From: Lama glama
Lineage: Eukaryota
Assembly: GCA_028534125.1 (NCBI GenBank)
Contig: CM052818.1
Span: forward strand, 46,192,001-46,256,000
Length of the DNA stretch: 64,000 bases
Reading direction: 5' to 3'
The translations under genes and the position numbers were made by a program. This document shows, one piece after another, positions 12,946-22,499 of this stretch (positions within the stretch are counted from its first letter, which is position 1; the number at the start of each line of letters is the position of its first letter). Below the pieces are notes generated by a model. The model made no database searches. It had not been told where the DNA came from and saw nothing but the letters and a program-made list of their open reading frames with translations.

Positions 12946-13633
12946 CAGATGTTCTTGCTGCTCCACAAGTTAAGCAAAAATACAGAAATAAATTGGATAA
13001 TGGGGCTGATTAAAAAGCTTGGGCCCAGGAGTCAGTCTTGGGTAAGTGGCCTAAAGTCAGACGAGTGGACTTAAGAGCAGGGTCTCCAGATTCAGTGGGA
13101 GAAGCTTCATTGGACAGTTACTGAGCACCCTGTGACTTATTCTTTCTTCTTTCTCCTTCACCAGGTACATTGTTTTTCTGACAAGAACTGACCATGTGAG
13201 AATGAAAGGAAGCTATCTGTGTAGACCGCTATCTGTGGAACCTTCGAAGACGATAAAATCATCTTCGATTCTGTAGTAAGCTCCCTTATTCCCTCTGTAG
13301 GATCCAATTTTTAGTGAACATCTATTAGGTTATCTACTCATAAACCCTCCTGAAAGGTGAGTAACAGTTCCCTCGTCTATAAACTGCAGGTTCTAAGCTA
13401 CCTTCTGTACATCCCCTGAGGGTGGGGCCCAGAGCCCCAGCAGGGTGTGTGGCACAGACGACCCTCGGGAAACACCTGGGACAGATGAATGTGTCACCAG
13501 GTTGCTGTGAGGATAAAGTGAGACAGTGTACTTGAAAGTACTGGAACTCGGAAACATGACGCTGGCTAGTTGGCAATTTTCCGAGTATGATCTATGTGCC
13601 CCTATGAAAAGGGCCAGGATAAATTCATTCATT

Positions 13634-13752
13634 TAAAAGAATATGAAAACGAATTTATGTATGTATATGTATGACTGGGACACTGTGCTGTACACCAGAA
13701 ATCGACACGTTATAACTGACGGTACTTCAATTAAAAAAAATAAAAATTAAAG
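13634..13752 (+). mobile_element. Short young L1 3' end
   Basis: AAAAGAATATGAAAACGAAT...TGCTGTACACCAGAAATCGACAC...ACTTCAATTAAAAAAAA; reverse complement of the 3611/4200 family. Confidence 0.8.
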
Positions 13753-14399
13753 AAAGATATATATAAGACAGACTCTGGGCAACTTAAGGTCACCTCCTGC
13801 CCTGGCCTTACGGGAACCAGGAGGTGAGAGCCAGCACCTGGCGATGTTCTTCTGTCAGCTTTTACCTAAAGATAATTTGAGACTTCAGAAAAAATGCCCA
13901 TTTCCGAGAGGTACCGATTCCTTCTGTTCTCAGCCGGCTGTTTACAGACTGTGTGCTGGAGACGGTAACCGAATCTCAGGATCTTGGTTGGTAAATTAAT
14001 TATGTCACGTATTTTACTAATGTCTTGAATTGACTAAAGAGAAGTAAGGCACTTGAATATTTTGAGAACTAGATCACATATGTCTGTTAATTCTGAACAG
14101 GGCTTTTCACACTTCCTTATATGACAAGAAGGCTTCTGCCTTTTTGGTTCATCGGGGTAGACTTTTGTGATTCAGAAAGAGAAAAAGAATGAAAAAGAAC
14201 AGTGTCTAAATTTTGTGGTCAACGGAAAATATTTATGTTATAAGTAAAAGGAACATGCCGTGGACCTGGAAGGAATTGCTGGGCTTTATTTATTTTTGTT
14301 CCTATTATGCATAAAATTATTTAAAGTTGCTTTTCTTAATCTACCTAAACAACATTTGTGTTTCCAGGGCAGCGCCTGTGGACCAAGCTATGGTGGAAG

Positions 14400-14471
14400 A
14401 TGTTCCGGAAAGGCAAAAAGCGCCACAGCAGCAGCAGCTCCCAGAGTAGTGAGATCAGTACTAAGAGCAAG
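14400..14471 (+). CDS. ITGB1BP1: ITGB1BP1 (ICAP-1) first coding exon (exon starts 14368): MFRKGKKRHSSSSSQSSEISTKSK
   Basis: TTTCCAG acceptor ending 14367, ATG 14400, AAG|GTAGG donor; basic NLS-like KKR and Ser-rich N-terminus of ICAP-1. Confidence 0.96.
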
Positions 14472-16772
14472 GTAGGGGCAGGGGACTCGGGGACAGAACC
14501 ACAGAGTGGCGGGAATTCTGTTCTTTCTGACACCGCAGAAGGGGGACTACGCACGGCAGGCCTGCTGGTAGTCTTCAAACCGGATGTTCTTAACATTCGT
14601 TTTCTTGCACTCGAGACACATTCTGCGCTTGATTTAATTTGTTTTGGTAGATTTTCTTAAATTCTTAAATCCGCCAACCTAGGTGGGACAGGCCCTTTGA
14701 ATGGTCTCACTGAAAAACTGATTTTTAAAAATTTTGTACTTGATAGAAATTGCAGGCAGTTAAGGAGCTGGATCTCTTGACTTCTCGGGTCATGATGCGT
14801 GTGTGCGTAACTATAGTTCTGTTTATGAAATGGAGTCAGTTGGCTAGTGAGGCAATGCTGTAATTGGAAGCCTAGTGTAGTGGAAGCCTAGTGTTTGAGT
14901 GTATGGGGCCCTCAGAGTCCTGAGTCCTGGTCCACTGGACTGAGCCTCCTGGTGCCCACATCTTTACTATAAAAGCCTTTTTATCATCCTGCACCCTTGT
15001 GAGCTCTCACTTTTGAAAGACGTGTGTGCTCAGTGCCAGGACTTGGTGAGGCAGGAGGAGGGCCCATGGCCCGGTGCACGGAGGGGGTGCCGCCCTCCAG
15101 GGACCCTCTCCCCGGCCCAGGGGTAGCACACTGAGTGGTGATGGCCCCACTCAGTGCAGGAAGGGCACAAGACTGCCACTTGGGACTTCCAGCAAGAGCA
15201 GCATGTGGTCACTGAGCTGTCAGCACCAAGCCAAAAGCACAGAAACCTGACAGTGGAGGAATCCTGTGCAGGCTTGGAATGGGGAAATGGACAGTCTTCT
15301 TTAAGGTTTTTGAACTCCTGAAGCTAGTCAGGGAGTTACCTAAAGCGTAAGGACCTCAGCCAGGGAATCAGTGGCCAGGCCCAGCTTCCTGTTTTCTAGA
15401 TCAAAAAATGGATAAAGGGAGATTTATTGACTTGCTGCTCACAGAGCAGGATCAGAGCCCGTGTTCTGATTCCTGAAGGACCTTGCTGACTCAGGCAGGT
15501 GCGGGGCGGGGCTGGAGTGTGGCAGGAGGGGCCACATGTCTTACCCCGAAGGTGATGGTGAGCCCTGAGGGGCTTCTCAGCAGAGCTGTGACTGTTAGGT
15601 CTGTGTTCTAGGATGACGTAAGGTTTTGCTGTTGTAATTCTGAACCCGGGGAAAACAGGCCAGTCTCTCCCTTCCTGCTTTCCTTGTTCAGACGGTCACT
15701 GGGTTCTGGCGTTTTCCTCTGCAGGGGGTAGTTTGAAGCACAAAAGCTCACTCTGTTACTCGCTTCCCAGAAGCCAGCCTGAATTTGTAACAGCTTCTTA
15801 ATTCCAGCTCCCTTTCTCTCACCCGTTGAATATTTAGGTCTATTCCAATTTCTCAGTACCATACAGACATGATGCTGAACATCTCTGTGTGTACAGCTCT
15901 GCTGTTATTTTAGATTAGATTCCGAGACGTGCAATTATTAAAAAAGGAAAGAAGTAATATTTAAGACTTGATTCATTTTTACATTCACCTTGATTCACAT
16001 TCTTAAATGTTTAAAAAATTTTAGTGTACTTTTAAAATTTAATTTTGATTTGAAGTGTAAATGAGTGACTAACTTTTTTAATCAAAAGTTTCCAGTGTTA
16101 TTTCTAGAAAATTAAGCACATTGAGAGTGTGATGCTGTAGAACAGACTTCACTAACGTGTGATTCTTTGAATTTTGCTCGACAGTTTTGTTAGTTTTCCT
16201 TTGTAATTCACACTGACAGTTGCACTCTGGCCCGCCCTCGGCCTGTGTTACCTGTTGTGGGCCAGGTAGTCACTGAAGTCATTGCAGGGGTTCTGGGTGG
16301 GAATTCGGGGACCTCAGCTTGAGATCTGGGCTGTTTCCTAGATGTAACCTTGGGTCAGTCACCTCGCCTGACTGCGACTCTTTGCTCATTCACTAAACAG
16401 GGTAATCCTCTCTGCCCACTTTCTGCATAGGGTTTGTGTTGGGTTCTGTGCAGATAACATGAAAGCAAGGTGTAGATTTTCACATACGGTATAAATAACA
16501 GGTACCTTATAAGGAGATAGAGGTAGTGGCTTCGATTTAGACTCGGAGCGCTGACTCTGCCTGTATCTAATACAGTGCTGTGAAAAGCAGCTGGGATTCT
16601 TTTTTTTTTTTTTTGAAGTTTGCTATGGAATTTGTCTTTAGAAAAATCCGTGACGGTCTATCTGCTTGAATAACTGACCTGACTTTATATGTGTTGATTC
16701 AGCTGTAAGAAATGAGTAATTTGAATGGTAAAGAAGATAGTGCTTCTAATTACGTTTAAAAACGTTATGTTT

Positions 16773-17015
16773 TAAATTTGGCAGTTTGGAGATTTGCAGA
16801 TGTTAACCACTATATATAAAAATAGATTAAAAAAAACAAGTTTCTTCCGTATAGCACAGGGAACTATAGTCAATATCTTGTAGTAACTTTTAATGAAAAA
16901 GAATATGAAAACGAATGTACGAATGTACGTGTATACATGTGTGTCTGGGGCATTGTGCTGTACACCAGAAGTCGACACGTTGTAACTGACTATACTTAAA
17001 TAAAAAAATTTTTTT
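16773..17015 (+). mobile_element. Young L1 3' end with target-site duplication
   Basis: Same family; flanked by AACGTTATGTTT (16761-16772) and AATGTTATGTTT (17016-17027). Confidence 0.85.
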
Positions 17016-17043
17016 AATGTTATGTTTGTTTGTTATTTCTCAG

Positions 17044-17122
17044 TCTGTAGATTCCAGCCTTGGGGGCCTTTCACGGTCCAGCACCGTTGCAAGCCTCGAT
17101 ACGGATTCTACCAAGAGTTCAG
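17044..17122 (+). CDS. ITGB1BP1: ITGB1BP1 exon 3 ([26 protein letters not shown])
   Basis: 79 nt; CAG/GTATG boundaries; frame continuous. Confidence 0.96.
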
Positions 17123-18447
17123 GTATGGAGACTGCTTAGATCATTTATGGTCTTGTTAACTGATGTTCTTACAATTTACCAGGGCAGCACAAGGGCTTCT
17201 TGCGTATTGGGGGTTTTCTTTCTTAGCTGTGCCGTTTTTGCAAGAGATTAGAAATGGCCACGATCTGGTGGGACGGGGGTTGGGAGTGCGGAAGGATTGG
17301 TGAAAACCGTGGCCTTGCAGCAAACTGCTCTTAATGGTCCTAGAGCAAAAGTGTGTGGAAATTTAGGAGTGTCAAAATGGCTTTGTCAGAAATGGACTGG
17401 CAGAGTGTGAATTATACTGGAATGAATATTGTTTGTGGGGTGTGGGACAGTGTCTTGCTGATTACAGAGATCAAGGAGCCCTCTGCTCAGAGATCTGCCG
17501 GCTCGTTAATGTCAGGAGCACACAGTGAAGGGGAGCATCTGTCACAGACCCTCGGAAACAATTATGCAGCCACTTGAAGTGAGCAGCCCTTCTGAAGTCA
17601 GAAGGTGGCTCCTGACCCACCTGTTAGCTGACATCTAGTTGGAAACCTACTGCATTCATTTTCTTGTATACAATCCTTGCACTTTTCCTTTTGGGATCAT
17701 AGACTACTCGGTCTATAAAAGTGGTGGGAGCGAGCAGGAGAGAAAAGCATATGATGCAAAAGGGAATTTAGCAGCATAAGGTATAAGGTCTATTATCTGT
17801 ACTTCCGGATACCTTTAAAGTATTAAAAATGTGGGCATCTTTTTAGTATGTGAACATAATCTAGCAGTAACCATGCAGTATTTCCTTACTACCGATGATA
17901 GATATTGTAAAGCTGTCTGGAATTTATGGCGTACATAGTTCTCCACTTGTTACCATCCATTATGTAAGGAACTTCCTGTCTGGCATTATTCCATCTACGT
18001 TAAAAGAAAAAAAATAAAAGTCTGGTCTTTTCTGACTGAATGGGGGAGGTATATCAGGTTTCCTGAATCAGGAAAGAGTTAAAAGTTCACATGATAAAGA
18101 GGGAAAAGAAACAAAAATAATTAAATGTCATATGCACTTATAAGGGTTATTATCTCTTTGACGTTTTATTTTTCTTCTTTGTTTTGAAATGAAGGCTGTT
18201 AATACTTCATTTACTTCTACTGAGGTTTTTATACATTAGCATATTGTGAATCACTGAGGAAAAGTTTAGTGAAATTTTAAGTTCTCTCTCATTACATCAG
18301 AAAGTTTGCATTTTCAAATTTTTTATTTTTATTAAAGCTTAAGCTCTGATGACGCGGTCTGCTTCCTGTTGGGAAGGGGTTGAGGACACCCCACAATGCA
18401 GCTGTTTCTTTTGAAGTCTTACTCTGCTGTTTTTCTTCCACCTCTAG

Positions 18448-18584
18448 GGCAAAGCAACAATAATTCAGACACCTGTGCAGAATTTCGAATAAAATATGTT
18501 GGTGCCATCGAGAAACTGAAACTCTCTGAGGGAAAAAGTCTCGAAGGGCCACTAGACCTGATAAATTACATAGATGTTGCTCAG
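18448..18584 (+). CDS. ITGB1BP1: ITGB1BP1 exon 4 ([G][45 protein letters not shown]), start of PTB domain
   Basis: 137 nt; TAG/GTAAA boundaries; within ORF 18396..18611. Confidence 0.96.
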
Positions 18585-20387
18585 GTAAAAAAAAAAAAAG
18601 TTCAATTTTAAAAGATTCTGGCGTGCACTCGTGGCTTTGGAGGGAGATGCTGCTCTTCAGGTCTTTTCGCTGTCTTCTCCTGAAGCCGAGCTCTTACTGC
18701 TGTTAAAATCTCACCGAGCGCTGTGGTCAGAGGAGGCACAAGGTGTCTTGGAGACAGAGTCACAGAAGAACAGAGACACAGGTCTTCCGTCACACAGCAC
18801 TGCTAACTTTTTCTAGGGCTGACTGACCTCTTCGTTTAAATGGGGGAGCTGAGGGCGGGGCCCAGGTACACAGCTAGTCTGTCTTTAAAACAGTCTGGCA
18901 AGTCTTACTGTATCTCCGTTGAACTAGTTTCCACTCTTTGGATGAATAACCTAACTCAGAGTGGTGTTGGCGTACTGTATCTATTTATTCATATCCTGTT
19001 TCCAACGAGAATTGAGGTGAGGTGGGTTTCAAAAACATATCCTAGTCAAGAAGATAAACCATCATGAAGGAAAATTAAGACAAATCAAAGGTAGAGGGTT
19101 TATGCATAAAACATGGTAAGCGGTGTACCCTCACCAGTGTTGGAAGTGGATGAGCCAGAAGATATAACACTATCAACAGTTAGTAAATTGTTTCTCAGGT
19201 TTCTAGAAAATGGACTTGCCTGTCTTTGTGTTCGTTAACGAAGGGAAATTACCGCCATGGAAAGATTCCCTTACACAGTGTTGGTTACTCTTAAGAATAT
19301 ATAGTCTCTTAAACCACGGATGTGGGATCATTAAATAAACTGTTTCATGTCCTCGTGACCGTGAAGGAAGTCTCCTGCATGTGAGGGGAAGTCAGCCAGT
19401 CTAATCTGCCATTTAACGGAGAACGCTTGGTAGTCTGGACTAACGCCATTATCATCCCAGGGTTCAGTTCGGAGTATTAAGGCATTCCCACAATGTGCAG
19501 GCAACAACTAACCTAAGTACTGTACTGAAAGGTGGCTGATGATGCTCCCCCGCGAGGTGCGTCAGGATTATTTCCATCCTGCTAAGGACTGCTCAGTTTC
19601 TCATGTCGCCGTGGAAACGGGTCTTGTCAAAACCCCATTATTGACTGTAGCATTGCTATTGTCCCATCTTCTGATTCTGGGAATTGCTTTAACCTGCTGT
19701 GAGAATTGATTGGCAAGAGGCTACTCTTGCACATGAGGACCCAAGAATTAAGGTAGGCGCATGCAGCTCATTTACCGGAATTTCTTTGGTGTAGGCAAAT
19801 GGTTCCACAAAAATACTTACCAAATGGAACTTCTACTGATTGCCAGTAATATCTTACTTATTTTAGAGAAGACAAGTTAGGCCTTGTTTCTGAATAGCTT
19901 GAAATGCTGATTTTTGAGAGCTGAGTAACCATCCATCAGTGTTTACTTGCCTGAAGCCCTGGGGCACTGGGATAACCAGACAGCCAACACCTGAGTGAGG
20001 TATAAAGTGGCTGAGAGAAATGGTTCCTGCGGTGTGTTTCCTGATCCTTTAATGTGCTGACATTAGTATAAACTAATGTACATATTTCAGCCTGGCTAGG
20101 ATCTGTGAAAAGTATGTTTGTAACTAGAGTTAACACCAAGACAAAGGCCTAGAGCAATACACGCGGACTGCATGCACCTGAGTTTTGGTCAAATCTGTGG
20201 ACTATAAAAAAGGGGTGGGGGGAGATTTCTTCTGCCTCTTTGGAGAGAAATTCCTGCTGGGCTGTTGTATGTAGGCCTCACATTCTTTAAAGGGTTTGGG
20301 CTTCCAATGGCCAGATACTAAATTGACTAATCAGAATTAAGAATATAATTTTTAACATGTATCATGTAATTTATTTTTACTTTGAAG

Positions 20388-20480
20388 CAAGATGGAAAGT
20401 TGCCTTTTGTTCCTCTGGAGGAAGAATTTATTATGGGAGTTTCCAAGTATGGTATAAAAGTATCCACATCAGATCAGTAT
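20388..20480 (+). CDS. ITGB1BP1: ITGB1BP1 exon 5 ([31 protein letters not shown])
   Basis: 93 nt; AAG/GTAAGT boundaries; within ORF 20382..20615. Confidence 0.96.
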
Positions 20481-21029
20481 GTAAGTAATTTAATTAAAGG
20501 GGGAAAAAATGTGTTTTTAGGCATTGGGGACGTCAGGCCAGGGAGGCCCCTCCTGTGGTTAGGTCTGCTCCTGTTGGCAGAGTGGTTTGTAAACATTGCT
20601 GGCAGCTGGTCTTAAGTGACCAGTTTTCTAGGGTAAATGAGTAAGAGCTTTTGCTTCAGTGTGTAGGGCCCAAGCCAACACCCCCATTGCTGGCCTGTAG
20701 CGCATTTCAGTAGGACCCTGGGCCAATTCGGGGTAGTTGGCAGCTTGGAAGCTGCCACAGAGAACAGGACTCTGGGCTAGATCACCTCATTCCGTCTTTC
20801 TAGAACTTAAGTAGGATGGTATGATCCTAAAGGCAAATTGCCCCTTAACTGAGCATACCGGAACGTCCCTTTGGGTGAAAAAACCTGTAAAACGACTTTC
20901 TGCCAGACCCAGGGACGGACATGCTCTGTCTAAAGCCTCATGATAGACTCTGCACTGGAAAATGTGCTCCGTTAGAGGGTTGGAGAAACACGGAAGGAGT
21001 GAGATCTCTCTTCGCCCTGACTTTTGCAG

Positions 21030-21179
21030 GACGTCTTGCACAGGCATGCTCTGTATTTAATCATCCGGATGGTGTGTTACGACGACGGTCTGGGGGCAGG
21101 AAAAAGCTTACTGGCTCTGAAGACCACAGATGCAAGCAACGAGGAATACAGCCTGTGGGTTTATCAGTGCAGCAGCCTG
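21030..21179 (+). CDS. ITGB1BP1: ITGB1BP1 exon 6 ([50 protein letters not shown])
   Basis: 150 nt, phase 0-0; CAG/GTGAG boundaries; skipping would give a 150-aa ICAP-1beta-type isoform. Confidence 0.96.
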
Positions 21180-21656
21180 GTGAGGCTTTCAGTTACCTTC
21201 GTTAGTTACTCATCAAACAGATCGGCAAAACCAGAGACCATTTAGTCTTCTGAAAGGCTAAAGAGCTGCTCTCTGCCATGCACCTGATCCCTGACAGGAC
21301 ATAAAGAATGAGCGTATCGGGCCCCGGGCCCGCCAGCTGCCCAGACCCGCTGCGGGCTGTGAGCCGTCTGTTAGGCCAGGGGCAGCTCACGGTTCAGAGG
21401 GAAAGCGGTGTGTCCTCCACGGGCAGAGCCCTGATCTTCTGTACCTTGTTGTTCTGACTCGTGATGGTCCCTCCCAAAGGCTGCGGGTCCCCTGTTACCA
21501 TGTGCAGTTCTCTGAAGGAACACGGGGCCTGGGCAGGCTTGTCCTGGACTTTCCAAAACCGGTGAAGAGCAGGTTTAGGGGAGGTGTTGGGAGGATCAAA
21601 TTTAGTTCAGGAAGAGACTGATGAACTCTCTTACTTTATCTTTCCACTTAACGTAG

Positions 21657-21728
21657 GAACAAGCACAAGCAATCTGCAAAGTTTTATCCACTGCTTTTGA
21701 CTCTGTACTGACATCTGAGAAACCGTGA
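21657..21728 (+). CDS. ITGB1BP1: ITGB1BP1 last coding exon (EQAQAICKVLSTAFDSVLTSEKP*)
   Basis: TAG acceptor; TGA at 21726-21728; six exons sum to 603 nt = 200 aa plus stop. Confidence 0.96.
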   Translation, partial: EQAQAICKVLSTAFDSVLTSEKP

Positions 21729-21894
21729 AACCTGCAATCAAGGGGAAGCTGACTTCATGCGAAAGTTCAGCTGTTTTCTAAATAGTCCTGTTTTCAGTCT
21801 GCAGTGTTGAACTACTAAAGGAATATGAGTGATCCTCTGCTCTAGGTTTTCTGAAGAAAATGCAATGTATAAAATATCAGTCATTTGTTTTTCT

Positions 21895-21900
21895 ATTAAA
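21895..21900 (+). terminator. Candidate proximal poly(A) signal (ATTAAA) of ITGB1BP1
   Basis: ATTAAA about 170 nt after the stop, preceded by TGTA and U-rich sequence. Confidence 0.5.
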
Positions 21901-22290
21901 ATGTGTCTAACAGTTAACTCTTCGATGTTATCTACCTACTGGGACTGAAAAAAAAAAGAAATGTCATTTGTCACTTTTAAGCACAAATAAGCTTAACGGT
22001 GCACTTAGGGAGTAATGCACATTAAGAACTTTCTGAGGAAGACCAGGGCAGTCTGTACTGCAGAACTCGCTGGCGACGTGGTCTCACTGGCTCGGAGCTC
22101 TGGTCAGGCAGAGGTCTGGCCTGGGGACCTGGGTCATGCTGTTCTGAAACTGTTACTGCCAACTCAAGACATAAAAAGTAAAATATGAAAGTGTATCATC
22201 AAGATAACATGCTAGTAAACCACAGTAATTCTCTCAGGAGTTAAGAAAACCTTAAAAGATTACTGCTTATGTTAAAAGTCACAGTATTTA

Positions 22291-22391
22291 GACCTTATAT
22301 GGAGTCAGATTTTTTCTTTTCTATTATAGTATATTCTATTTTTATGTTTTAAGTTTATAAGAATAAAGTTTAGCCTTTTCCCATTTAAAAA
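22291..22391 (+). mobile_element. ~100-bp retroposed insert with 17-bp target-site duplication
   Basis: AAAAGTCACAGTATTTA at 22274-22290 and 22392-22408; AATAAA at 22362-22367; A-run at 22387-22395. Confidence 0.65.
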
Positions 22392-22499
22392 AAAAGTCAC
22401 AGTATTTAAAGATTCTCATGTACAGAAGGCCAGTGTATTTTTTTAAAGGACTGTTTTTATATCCAGTGCTTTACGAAAGATTAAAAACACCAAACACTA

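Noticed and set aside
21641..21656. TTTCCACTTAAC before the last ITGB1BP1 acceptor, resembling a U12 branch site
   Set aside because: The intron's donor is GTGAGG (U2 type), not GTATCCTT, and the match is imperfect and too close to the AG.
21948..21957. A10 run as a poly(A) tail or insertion
   Set aside because: No TSD seen; a genomic A-run that mainly poses an internal-priming artefact risk.
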